From an uncultured Fidelibacterota bacterium (GTDB taxonomy: Bacteria > Fidelibacterota > Marinisomatia > Marinisomatales > UBA1611): a stretch of DNA of 46,093 bases. The stretch spans positions 1 to 46,093 of the forward strand of contig CAJWHW010000014.1 in the NCBI GenBank assembly GCA_913040915.1. The letters run 5' to 3'. A model generated the notes under the pieces. The model was given only the letters and a program-made list of their open reading frames with translations. It made no database searches and was not told where the DNA came from. Shown here one piece after another: positions 29,486-39,098 of the stretch; positions within the stretch are counted from its first letter, which is position 1; each line of letters starts with the position of its first letter. Position numbers and translations under genes: made by a program.

Positions 29486-30388
29486 TTGTCATCTCTATCC
29501 GATAAACGAAAATATTTACAGCCAGAGACTGTAGCCATGCTAAATTCCATGGCGCTTAGGGCTCGGCTGGTAGTGGAGGGGTATATTATTGGACAGCATC
29601 GGAGTCCATACCATGGTTTTTCCGTGGAATTTGCAGAACATCGTGCTTATGGTTCTGGAGACGAAATCAGATATATTGATTGGAAACTTTTCGGAAAAAC
29701 AGACAGGCTCTATGTAAAAAGATATGAAGAAGAAACAAATCTTCGTTCTCATTTAATTCTTGATACGAGTGGCTCTATGCTTTATAAAAGCGGTTTAGTA
29801 ACTAAGTTGAATTATGCCAATTCATTGACAGCTTCCTTATCCTATTTAATGATGAATCAGCAGGATGCTACTGGATTAGTTCAATTCTCTGATCGTATTG
29901 AATCCTTTATCCCGGCAAAATCAAAACCTAGCCATTTAAATGCCATTCTCACGAAACTAAACGATGAAAAAACTGGAAATGATACAAATTTAGAACCAGT
30001 CTTACATGAAATGGCAGAACGCTTTACAAAACGAGGATTGGTTGTGTTGGTATCAGATCTGTTTGATGAACCGGAACGAATTATAAATGGCTTAAAACAT
30101 TTCCGTCATAAAAAGCAGGAAGTAATAGTTTTTCATATTCTGGATAGGAAGGAATTAGAATTTGATTTTGACACAAGGACAAAATTTCATGATATGGAAA
30201 CAGGTGAGGAAATCACAACAGAGCCTTGGCATATAAGGCAAAGTTATTCAAAACTAATCCTTGATTTACAAAATTATTATCAAAAACAATGCCGACAGCA
30301 TTTAATTGATTATATTCCTTTATTTACTGATCAGAACCTAGATCGAGGATTAACTGAATATTTAAATAAACGTAAAAAACTAAAATAA
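29486..30388 (+). CDS. DUF58 (VWA-like) protein, MoxR partner
   Basis: GQHRSPYHGFSVEFAEHRAY..GDEIRYIDWK, LDTSGSM MIDAS-like motif, SDLF. TTG start. Confidence 0.93.
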   Translation: MSSLSDKRKYLQPETVAMLNSMALRARLVVEGYIIGQHRSPYHGFSVEFAEHRAYGSGDEIRYIDWKLFGKTDRLYVKRYEEETNLRSHLILDTSGSMLYKSGLVTKLNYANSLTASLSYLMMNQQDATGLVQFSDRIESFIPAKSKPSHLNAILTKLNDEKTGNDTNLEPVLHEMAERFTKRGLVVLVSDLFDEPERIINGLKHFRHKKQEVIVFHILDRKELEFDFDTRTKFHDMETGEEITTEPWHIRQSYSKLILDLQNYYQKQCRQHLIDYIPLFTDQNLDRGLTEYLNKRKKLK

Positions 30389-30417
30389 AAATCAAATCAT
30401 AATTATTTATAGAGTTT

Positions 30418-31530
30418 TTAATTCCCTTCAGCTACATCGCGCTTGTACCGAATTAATTCTAAAGTTTTCTGATATTGTTCTTTATTATCGATATCAATAA
30501 TCATAACCGATTTAATCTTTTTCTCTGCTTTACGATACCACCTAGATGCTTCATCTAAATCTTTTTTAAACCCTTCCGAACCATTGAGATAATTATTTCC
30601 TAAGCCTTCATAGGCCTGAGCCATACCTAAAGCAGACTCAAAATCATCTTCATTTAAATAGAATGCTTCATCAAAAGATTTTTCAGCTTCTTCAAAGTTT
30701 TGCATTTGATTATGAATTACTCCCAGATTAAAATAAAGATCAGCTTTAATAATTTTGTCTTTTTCATTGGATATAGAATTTTCAAAGACTTCAATAGCTT
30801 TTTCTTTTTGGTCTAAATCATAATAGGTACTCGCTAATTCCCTAAGAACCTTACTATTTGAAGGTTCAAGAGAAGCTGCTTTTTCATAATATGGAAGTAC
30901 TCCTTTAGCATCAACATTTGCCCTGACTAATATTTGCCCCGCACTAAAATTTGCATCAAAACTTTCGGGGTTTTTACTCACAGCAACAAGAACTGTATTC
31001 TTTGCTGCTTCCTTATCTCCCTTATCAAAATAACATTGAGCAAGCGATGTATGAGCAACTGCATCTGTTGGATTAATAATAGCAGCATTTTGAAAATGAG
31101 TAATTGCCACATCTAAATAATTTTGTTTGTTATCTTGATCTTCTTGAATTTTTTTAAATTGTTCAACACCAATATTAAATTCTTTTGCCCAGTAAAATTC
31201 AGTATAATTATTCACTGCTTCTTCAACAGAAATAAAAGTTCCTCGAACTTCAATTTTCTGTTTAGGATCAATAGACATTGCTTTATCAAATAAGTTTACC
31301 ATTTCCTGCCATTCCTTTTTTTCAGCGTGTATTTCTACGGCCATTACTATAGGAATTTCAGGATTATCTGGTTCGACTGCCATAGCTTTTGGTAGCCACT
31401 CTCCTGCTTTAGCCAGATCAGATTGCTGGATTGCTAATTTTGCAGTTGTGTATTCCTGGCTTGAGCATGCAACGATTAACATAGAAATTGTAAAAATTAC
31501 TGTTAGAAATATTATTTTTATATTCAGCAT
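30418..31530 (-). CDS. Tetratricopeptide-repeat lipoprotein
   Basis: ATG at 31530 with GAGG SD gives a lipoprotein signal ending IVA-C; multiple TPR helix pairs (YFNLG, A..INP, A.SLEP). Confidence 0.85.
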   Translation of the reverse strand: MLNIKIIFLTVIFTISMLIVACSSQEYTTAKLAIQQSDLAKAGEWLPKAMAVEPDNPEIPIVMAVEIHAEKKEWQEMVNLFDKAMSIDPKQKIEVRGTFISVEEAVNNYTEFYWAKEFNIGVEQFKKIQEDQDNKQNYLDVAITHFQNAAIINPTDAVAHTSLAQCYFDKGDKEAAKNTVLVAVSKNPESFDANFSAGQILVRANVDAKGVLPYYEKAASLEPSNSKVLRELASTYYDLDQKEKAIEVFENSISNEKDKIIKADLYFNLGVIHNQMQNFEEAEKSFDEAFYLNEDDFESALGMAQAYEGLGNNYLNGSEGFKKDLDEASRWYRKAEKKIKSVMIIDIDNKEQYQKTLELIRYKRDVAEGN

Positions 31531-31564
31531 TTTTTCCTCATAAAATAGAAGTTTAAAGTCTAAT

Positions 31565-31594
31565 AATTTACCCGAAGTAGGTTTATTCATCCAA
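31565..31594 (-). promoter_or_regulatory. Putative sigma70 promoter TTGGAT-N18-TAAATT for the TPR gene
   Basis: Read on the minus strand, 34 nt upstream of ATG 31530. Confidence 0.45.
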
Positions 31595-31617
31595 GGACTA
31601 GTATCCCAAGAACGATT

Positions 31618-32613
31618 TTAGTCAGCAAACAATTTTTTTTTCAAATATTTCAATTTTGATATTGGAAATTGTGCACCGGATTGTTGGATGATTTCTTCTG
31701 CCATAAGACCACCCATCTTTCCTGATTGTTCGTGAGATAATTCTTTTGCAAGCCCTGTCAAAAAGCCTGCGGCATACATATCACCGGCTCCTGTTGAATC
31801 GAATGCTTTTATTTGTCTTGGTGGAATAAATGATTTTTTATCATTCTCCAGAACTAAAGACCCTTTTTTACCTAGTTTTATTCCTGCATGATTTATCATT
31901 TTCATTAGATAGGTGGAAGTCAATAAATAATCTTGGGAATCAAACAAAATAGCAAGTTCAGATTGATTTGCAAATAATAGATCGACATCATTTCCAATCA
32001 ATTTTAAAAAATGTTTTTTATTTCTCTCTACAGCAAATGGATCAGCAACATCAAAGACAATTTTGACATCATGGTCTTTTGAAATTTGTATTGCTTTTTC
32101 TATGGCTGATTTTTGTGATTCTGTATCCCACATGTAGCCGGTAAAATATAAATAATCAGCCTGAATTAATTTTGCTTCATCTATGTCATTATCGGAAAAT
32201 TCTCTACAGATACCTAAATGTGTATTCATCGTACGTTCACCATCTGGCGTAACTAAAACTATACTTGATCCTGTTGAACCATCTACCTGAATGAGCCCTG
32301 AGCTTACACCATATTCTTTAGTTCGACTTAAGTAGATATCACCAAATGAATCATTCCCAATTTTACCTGCTATTAAACTTGGAGTTCCAAGTCCAGAACA
32401 AGCTAAGATAGTATTTGGTGCTGAACCACCAGGGTGATATTCAGGAGTGGTTTCTTTAAAATAATGTAGTATATCAGACTGACGATTTTCATCTACTAAA
32501 TACATAATTCCTTTTTGTAAACCCAATGATAAAAGATCTGCATCAGTTGCGTTGATTACAATGTCAATTAGAGGATTTCCTATACCATAAATGATTGGAT
32601 TAACTTGGAACAT
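31618..32613 (-). CDS. PfkB-family carbohydrate/adenosine kinase
   Basis: GIGNPLIDI, GGSAPNT, PDGERTM, ANQSE, DSTGAGDMYAAGF. Confidence 0.92.
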   Translation of the reverse strand: MFQVNPIIYGIGNPLIDIVINATDADLLSLGLQKGIMYLVDENRQSDILHYFKETTPEYHPGGSAPNTILACSGLGTPSLIAGKIGNDSFGDIYLSRTKEYGVSSGLIQVDGSTGSSIVLVTPDGERTMNTHLGICREFSDNDIDEAKLIQADYLYFTGYMWDTESQKSAIEKAIQISKDHDVKIVFDVADPFAVERNKKHFLKLIGNDVDLLFANQSELAILFDSQDYLLTSTYLMKMINHAGIKLGKKGSLVLENDKKSFIPPRQIKAFDSTGAGDMYAAGFLTGLAKELSHEQSGKMGGLMAEEIIQQSGAQFPISKLKYLKKKLFAD

Positions 32614-32722
32614 GTTTCGAAAAATATTAATTAATGAAAAGCAATCTAATAACTGCGATAATCTTATATTTTTTGTGCAAAAAACCCTATTTCAATCTTA
32701 TCACAAGCAATAATTTAATCAC

Positions 32723-32752
32723 TTGCCCGTCAAAATCACAAAAATGTATATT
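32723..32752 (+). promoter_or_regulatory. Putative sigma70 promoter TTGCCC-N18-TATATT, near-leaderless transcript
   Basis: The -10 ends 8 nt before ATG 32761; no SD present. Confidence 0.5.
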
Positions 32753-32760
32753 TAGATACT

Positions 32761-33537
32761 ATGGTATCTAAAACCTTTGCCATCATCACAGATATTCATT
32801 CTAATCTGGTGTCGCTTACCCATGCCTTACACATCATTGAATCTCGTGATGATATTGATCAAATTATTTGCCTTGGAGATTGCTTCGCTTTGGGGCCAGA
32901 ACCGGAAAAAACACTCGAGATGTTACAATCCATCGATGGCTGTATTTTTCTACGAGGTAATCATGATCGATATCTTTTAGAAAGATTATGGGAAGATGAA
33001 TTACCTTCTTTAGAAGGAATGGATCCATATGATCCTATCTGTCAAGCTATTGTTCAAAATGAAGAATGGACTGCTGGAAAACTTGGGCAAGCAGGAAGAG
33101 ATTTTTGTGAGAAAATGAAAATTGCTCATCGTGAAATTGTCGGTAATGTTTTGATTGAATTTACTCATGCATGGTATAAACGAGATGATAAGCCACCTTC
33201 AGTTAAAGAAGCAATGGACTGGCGGGATCGCGTCATGGAAGCACACCCGGAAATTGAAAAAGTTTTATTTATACATGGGCATGTCCATGTACCAAGACAC
33301 CAAGTGATTGAAAACCTTACAATACTGTGTCAAGGAGCTACCGGGCTGCCTTTCGACCGTGATCAGCGTGGATCCGTGGCCTTCCTTTCAGTGAATAATG
33401 GAGTTGTGGACTGGAATGTTGAGCGTTACGAATATGCACATGAAAAAACAACTGAACAGCTAGAAGAACGAAAACCTCCCTTTTTTACCAATCTCAAAAA
33501 TACAATCAAATTCGCATCTATTCGTAACGACCTATAG
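32761..33537 (+). CDS. Calcineurin-like metallophosphoesterase
   Basis: TDIHSN, CLGD, RGNHD, FTH, HGHVH motifs. Confidence 0.9.
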   Translation: MVSKTFAIITDIHSNLVSLTHALHIIESRDDIDQIICLGDCFALGPEPEKTLEMLQSIDGCIFLRGNHDRYLLERLWEDELPSLEGMDPYDPICQAIVQNEEWTAGKLGQAGRDFCEKMKIAHREIVGNVLIEFTHAWYKRDDKPPSVKEAMDWRDRVMEAHPEIEKVLFIHGHVHVPRHQVIENLTILCQGATGLPFDRDQRGSVAFLSVNNGVVDWNVERYEYAHEKTTEQLEERKPPFFTNLKNTIKFASIRNDL

Positions 33538-33577
33538 GTCTACCCGTCGTAATTTGTGCGACTGATTATAATTTAAT

Positions 33578-34693
33578 ATGTATTATTTTGACCATAGCGC
33601 GACTACACCGATTCACCATGATGTTTTGTATTTAATGAATGAGATCCAAAGAAATGTATACGGAAATCCATCCAGTGTTCATCAATTGGGAAGAAAAGCA
33701 CGCTCCACTATTGAAACTGCAAGAAAACAAGTTGCAAAGTCTATTGGCGCAAAACCAAATCAAATCATATTCACCAGCGGAGGTACAGAAGCGAACAACC
33801 ATGTTTTATGGTCTCGTTTAGGACAGAAAAATAATCATGTTGTTACCGATGAGATTGAACATCCTGCTGTATTAAAAGTTCTTCAAAACCTCTCATCAAT
33901 TGGTTTGGAGCACGATCTGGTATCTGTCGATGATAAAGGATGTGTATCTATAAATGAAATTGAAATGGCAATTTCAGAAAAAACGGGACTAGTTTCCGTT
34001 ATGCTGGCAAATAATGAAGTTGGAACTATACAACCAATTCAAAAAATTGTCGAGATCGCAAACAAACAGGAAGTTTTAGTGCATACAGATGCGGTTCAAT
34101 GCTTAGGGAAAATGCTAATCAATGTAGTTGAATTAGACATAGATTTCTTAAGTCTTTCTGCTCACAAGTTTTATGGTCCAAAAGGCATAGGTATTCTTTT
34201 TGTTAAAGATTGTTCTGTTTTGTCCTCTTTTATCATTGGAGCAAATCAAGAAAATGCACTAAGAGCCGGTACCGAAAATATTGCATCCATTGCAGGAATG
34301 GGACTTGCTGCAGAATTAGCTACATTAGAATTAGAAAACCACATACAACATTTGAATGAATTAGAGACCCAGTTTAAAATTGGGCTCACTTCTTTTTTCA
34401 AGGATGCAATATTTAATGGCGACCCTAAAAATAAACTACCGGGACTTATAAGCGTTTCTTTCCCAGGGTTTAGATCTGATATCCTGATGACAAAGCTTGA
34501 TCGTGCAAATATGGCTGTCTCAAGTGGCTCTGCCTGTGGTTCAGGTAATATTAAACCATCAGCTATTTTATCAGCAATGGGCATTGATGAGGAAACCAAT
34601 ATCTCCACCCTTCGTATTAGTTTTGGGACTTCTAATACTTGTGTAGAAGTAGATCTTCTTTTAGCTGAACTAGAATTACTATTAAGCAACTGA
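33578..34693 (+). CDS. Group I cysteine desulfurase (IscS/NifS-like)
   Basis: YFDHSATTP, FTSGGTE, HTDAVQ, SAHKFYGPKG, SSGSAC; 1-nt overlap with mnmA. Confidence 0.93.
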   Translation: MYYFDHSATTPIHHDVLYLMNEIQRNVYGNPSSVHQLGRKARSTIETARKQVAKSIGAKPNQIIFTSGGTEANNHVLWSRLGQKNNHVVTDEIEHPAVLKVLQNLSSIGLEHDLVSVDDKGCVSINEIEMAISEKTGLVSVMLANNEVGTIQPIQKIVEIANKQEVLVHTDAVQCLGKMLINVVELDIDFLSLSAHKFYGPKGIGILFVKDCSVLSSFIIGANQENALRAGTENIASIAGMGLAAELATLELENHIQHLNELETQFKIGLTSFFKDAIFNGDPKNKLPGLISVSFPGFRSDILMTKLDRANMAVSSGSACGSGNIKPSAILSAMGIDEETNISTLRISFGTSNTCVEVDLLLAELELLLSN

Positions 34694-35766
34694 TGGGTCA
34701 TATTGCAGTTGGAATGAGTGGTGGTGTTGACAGCGCTGTAGCTGCTGCCCTCCTTATTGATCAAGGTTATGTGGTAGAAGGACTATTTATGAAAAATTGG
34801 GAGGAAGAGTCAGAATATTGTTCTGCAGAACAGGATTATAAAGACGCCCTTCAGGTCTGTGATAGATTAGACATTCCACTTAGATCAGTCAATTTTGCTA
34901 AAGAATATTGGAATAGAGTATTCAAGCATTTTTTAAATGAATATAAAAATGGCCGGACACCTAATCCAGATATTCTTTGTAATACAGAAATCAAATTCAA
35001 GGAATTTCTCCAGTATGCATTAGATCTTGGCGCAGAAAAAATTGCCACAGGGCATTATGTTAGAAGCAATAGTTCCAATGGAGAGACTATCTTATTAAAA
35101 GGATTGGACCCTGCAAAAGATCAAAGCTATTTCCTGTACCAGTTGAATCAAAACCAAATAAACAGTGCACTTTTTCCAATAGGGGAAATTGAAAAAGACA
35201 ATGTACGAAAGCGTGCTCAACAACTGGGCTTTGATAATTATGACAAAAAAGATAGTGTAGGTATTTGTTTTATTGGTGAAAGAGATTTTAAAGCATTTTT
35301 ACAACAGTATATTCCAACCCAACCTGGAGATATAGTCACAACCAACGGAAAGACAGTGGGGCAACATGATGGTCTTATGTATTATACTTTAGGCCAAAGA
35401 AAAGGCTTAGGTATTGGGGGTGGTCATGGTGAAACAGGTGATGCTTGGTATGTTTTAAGCAAAGACTTATCGAATAATGAATTAATTGTTGGGCAGGGCC
35501 ACAATAACCATGGACTTTATCAATATTGTCTCACAGCATCTCAACTTCATTGGATTTCCGGTAAAGCACCTCAAAATAAAACCATAAATGCAAAAATTAG
35601 ATATCGCGCTAATGATGCAATATGCAAAATCACAGATTTAACTGATAATAAAATTTCTGTTAAATTTGCTGAACCACGTTTTGCCATTGCACCGGGACAA
35701 TCTGTTGTATTTTATGATGGTGATGTATGTCTTGGTGGAGCTGTGATTGATAAAGCATTTAATTAA
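34693..35766 (+). CDS. mnmA: tRNA 2-thiouridylase MnmA
   Basis: SGGVDS, TPNPDILCN, ATGHY, KDQSYFL, DSVGICFIG, GQRKGLG, PGQS. Confidence 0.97.
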   Translation: MGHIAVGMSGGVDSAVAAALLIDQGYVVEGLFMKNWEEESEYCSAEQDYKDALQVCDRLDIPLRSVNFAKEYWNRVFKHFLNEYKNGRTPNPDILCNTEIKFKEFLQYALDLGAEKIATGHYVRSNSSNGETILLKGLDPAKDQSYFLYQLNQNQINSALFPIGEIEKDNVRKRAQQLGFDNYDKKDSVGICFIGERDFKAFLQQYIPTQPGDIVTTNGKTVGQHDGLMYYTLGQRKGLGIGGGHGETGDAWYVLSKDLSNNELIVGQGHNNHGLYQYCLTASQLHWISGKAPQNKTINAKIRYRANDAICKITDLTDNKISVKFAEPRFAIAPGQSVVFYDGDVCLGGAVIDKAFN

Positions 35767-36088
35767 GGAAAAATCTAGTTGCTCAATAACCAATTAGCAG
35801 CACTTATCATTGAAAGCCGGGTCAAATAACTGAAAACAAAGAAAGATTTTTGGAAACAAACTTTGATGTTGAAATCCTATGATTTCAAAGATCGAAATGA
35901 AGAATAGATATCATTAGAGCTTCAACAAAAGTAGGCCCATATTTGGTTTCATATAGTGTATTATTCCAGTTGTATTCATATTGATATTAAAACTTTAGAT
36001 TAGGTTAATTTCTGGAAGTAAAGATAATGAAAAAAAATGTACTCTACCTATTTTGGAACAATTCTTCCTGTATTAAATTCATTCTTAT

Positions 36089-36559
36089 ATGCAGCTAATT
36101 TTAAAACAGATTCTTATCATTTCTTGCCTATGCTCTCTGATGTTAGCACAGTTCCGCATAGATGTACCTGTTAAAACATTACCATCGAATTTAAATGGTG
36201 AATTAGATGGACATTCATCCCTTAGTCTTTTTGATCATGCACGATTTGATATGTCGCATGGATTTAGCATGCAAATGATTAGTATGGGAGAACAATCTAT
36301 ATCTATGGCAGGATTTACTAATCGAATAAACTATCTTGCTATGGATAATCTAAATTTGGATGTCAATGTCACTTTGTTTAAAACCCAGATACCATTTCAG
36401 CAACAAGGTACCTTACTGGATCAGTTGGATATTGCTTATGATGCAGGCATCACTTATCAACCCACCAAGAATTCATTTTTGGAACTTCGATTCCAAAAGA
36501 TACCACACTATCAAAGATACCAAACCTATTCACCCTTCAACCAAAGGATCGTTAAATAA
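36089..36559 (+). CDS. Hypothetical exported protein (beta-strand-rich)
   Basis: 156-aa ORF; signal peptide ending MLA-Q; alternating amphipathic strands (ITYQPTKNSFLELRF). Confidence 0.75.
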   Translation: MQLILKQILIISCLCSLMLAQFRIDVPVKTLPSNLNGELDGHSSLSLFDHARFDMSHGFSMQMISMGEQSISMAGFTNRINYLAMDNLNLDVNVTLFKTQIPFQQQGTLLDQLDIAYDAGITYQPTKNSFLELRFQKIPHYQRYQTYSPFNQRIVK

Positions 36560-37102
36560 GTGGCAAGAAAAAAAGGTTTTAGACGCAAAAAGAAAGCCCA
36601 ATCCCAAAGCATAACACTGAATGCTGCCATCGGAATAGTTGGCGTACTCCTCTTAGGTTTTATATTTTCTTTTTCCAGAAATATAACCCATACTGGCGTA
36701 CCTATTGAAGTCACCTTCCCGGAAATTAAAAACCAGCCTCGGCTGGCTGTGGATGTTTATGAAGAAAATCCAATTCAGAATATTAAAGTAGAGGTTTTGA
36801 ATGGATGCGGCATTACCGGAATTGCTGCCAAAACAGCGGACCTTCTTAGATCCAACCAAGTTGACGTAATTCGTTCTGATAATGCCGATCATCATGATTA
36901 TCCAAATACAGTTATCATCAGCCGAAATGAAAATGTAGAAAGCCTAAAAGCAGTATCTGAATCGTTCGGTTTGGCCATGAATGATGAGAAGCATGTATTG
37001 ATCGTTCCGGATGAATCTCTTGGTGTAGATGTGACAGTTATTTTAGGAAAAGATATTCACGAATTTCCTGAACTATCTGGATTCATTCCAATAGATCAAT
37101 AA
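36560..37102 (+). CDS. Membrane-anchored LytR C-terminal domain protein
   Basis: Basic N-terminus, TM helix, VEVLNGCGITGIA...NAD...DVTVILGKD. GTG start. Confidence 0.88.
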   Translation: MARKKGFRRKKKAQSQSITLNAAIGIVGVLLLGFIFSFSRNITHTGVPIEVTFPEIKNQPRLAVDVYEENPIQNIKVEVLNGCGITGIAAKTADLLRSNQVDVIRSDNADHHDYPNTVIISRNENVESLKAVSESFGLAMNDEKHVLIVPDESLGVDVTVILGKDIHEFPELSGFIPIDQ

Positions 37103-37486
37103 ATGTCCAATAGCGATCAGGAATTTGTTTCTGAACAGCCTCTACTTCAGGAAATTGTAGAACTCGCCCTCCAAAAAAAAGCCAAAAATTTAATTGCATT
37201 AGATGTTCGAGGCTTATCCTCTGTGACAGATTTTTTTGTAATTTGTTCTGGAGAGTCAGATCCTCAAGTTAAAGCGATCTCAGATAGTATTCGTAAGGGT
37301 ACCCCACAAAAGCCTAAACATATGGAAGGCTATGAAAATCTCAATTGGGTTCTAATGGATTATTTTGATGTCGTGGTTCATATTTTCAATAATCAAGAAA
37401 GAGGATATTATAGTTTGGAACGATTGTGGGCTGATGCACCAATAAACAAGTTTAATAATGAAGCACCTGAAAAACAAAATAACTGA
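37103..37486 (+). CDS. rsfS: Ribosome silencing factor RsfS (Iojap)
   Basis: KKA..L..LDV, TDFFVICSG, WVLMDYFDVVVHIF, YYSLERLW. Confidence 0.95.
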   Translation: MSNSDQEFVSEQPLLQEIVELALQKKAKNLIALDVRGLSSVTDFFVICSGESDPQVKAISDSIRKGTPQKPKHMEGYENLNWVLMDYFDVVVHIFNNQERGYYSLERLWADAPINKFNNEAPEKQNN

Positions 37487-39092
37487 AGCTATTTCTTCTA
37501 TCCTTTCATCTTTGTCTTATCCGATGAAAGGGTTTTCTCTTGCTCCGCCCAAAAACTCAGAATTTGGAGATTTGTCTACAAATATTTCATTGCTAATTAC
37601 CAAAGAATTAAAAATTTCACCGATGGAAATCGGGCAAACTATTATGAAAAATTTGAATAAAAATTTGCCTGATTATATTTCAGAAATTACTGTAACAGAA
37701 CCAGGCTTTATCAACTTTAAAATTGCACCATCATTTTTCCAGAATAAGATTAGAGATATTATGGAGAAGGGAGAAGATTATGGAAAAGGAAAAAATGGAT
37801 CAGGAAAAACTGCAAATGTTGAATTTGTCAGCGCTAACCCTACAGGACCTTTAACTGTAGGGCATGGTAGGAATGCTATCTTAGGTGATACTCTTTCCAA
37901 TATTTTAGAATGGCAAGGTTACCAAGTGACCCGGGAATATTATTTTAATGACGCAGGACGACAAATGCGAATTCTGGGGCAATCAGTCGAGGCCCGTTAT
38001 TTTGAGAATTTAGGTAAGGATATTGAATTTCCGGAAGATGGGTATGAAGGAAACTACATCAGAGATATTGCCCAATCTGTACTAGATAATTACGGCCGAG
38101 AATTAGATATGGGAGAATCAATATTTAAAGAGCATGCGGAAAAAACCATATTTCAGAACATAAAAAATAGTCTAAAAAATCTCGGAGTTTATTTTGATCA
38201 ATTCACCAATGAAAAAACATTTTATAGAAATGGAGAAATTGACAAATTTTTAGATGAATTACGAGCCAAGGATCTAATCTATGAAATGGATGGTGCGACC
38301 TGGTTTAAGACTAGAGCATTAGGTAAAAAACAAGACCGGGTCTATATTAAAAGTTCTGGTGAACCTACATACCGCGTTCCAGATACAGCATATCATCGAG
38401 ACAAAATCAATCGTGGTTTTGATCTTATTATTGATATTTTTGGTGCTGACCATGCAGATACCTACCCTGATGTGCTTTTAGCATTAGATGCTTTAGGGCT
38501 TAAAACGAACCATATTAAAGTACTCCTTTATCAATTTGTAACACTATTACGTTCAGGCGAAAAAGTGAAAATGTCTACCCGGAAAGCAAACTTTGTTACT
38601 ATTGATGAATTGGTAAAAGAAGTTGGTCCAGATGTTGTTCGTTATTTTTTCATTATGAGAAGTATGAACACTCATCTTGATTTTGATTTAGACTTAGCTG
38701 CTGATCAATCAGACAAAAATCCTGTTTTCTATCTCCAGTACGCCTACGCAAGGATTTGTAATATAATTAGACATGGTCAGGATACAGGATATGTTTTTAA
38801 CGAGGATAGTGACTTGAATCTTCTCACACACCAGGATGAGTTAAAACTGATTAAACATATGGTTCGATTTCCTGAATTCATAGAGTTAGCCTATCATAAT
38901 CTTGAACCACAAAATATTGCAAATTATTTACAAGAATTGGCTGCAAAATTTCACAAATTTTATAGTCAATGCCGAGTTATAACAGAGAATAAAGAACTGT
39001 CCAATGCCAGACTAGCATTGGTATGCACAGTAAAGGTTGTATTAACGAACGGTTTGAAAGTATTAGGAATTTCTGCACCAGAAAAAATGTAA
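37458..39092 (+). CDS. argS: Arginine--tRNA ligase
   Basis: FGDLSTN, PGFINF, VEFVSANPTGPLTVGH, KMSTRK, NPVFYLQYAYAR, APEKM. Confidence 0.97.
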   Translation: MKHLKNKITEAISSILSSLSYPMKGFSLAPPKNSEFGDLSTNISLLITKELKISPMEIGQTIMKNLNKNLPDYISEITVTEPGFINFKIAPSFFQNKIRDIMEKGEDYGKGKNGSGKTANVEFVSANPTGPLTVGHGRNAILGDTLSNILEWQGYQVTREYYFNDAGRQMRILGQSVEARYFENLGKDIEFPEDGYEGNYIRDIAQSVLDNYGRELDMGESIFKEHAEKTIFQNIKNSLKNLGVYFDQFTNEKTFYRNGEIDKFLDELRAKDLIYEMDGATWFKTRALGKKQDRVYIKSSGEPTYRVPDTAYHRDKINRGFDLIIDIFGADHADTYPDVLLALDALGLKTNHIKVLLYQFVTLLRSGEKVKMSTRKANFVTIDELVKEVGPDVVRYFFIMRSMNTHLDFDLDLAADQSDKNPVFYLQYAYARICNIIRHGQDTGYVFNEDSDLNLLTHQDELKLIKHMVRFPEFIELAYHNLEPQNIANYLQELAAKFHKFYSQCRVITENKELSNARLALVCTVKVVLTNGLKVLGISAPEKM

Positions 39093-39098
39093 AAAATA

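Noticed and set aside
9861..31590. Longest-ORF starts at 9893, 11700, 13427 and 31590
   Set aside because: Downstream ATGs (9860, 11649, 13361, 31530) fit domain boundaries, lipoprotein signals, SD sites or promoter positions better.
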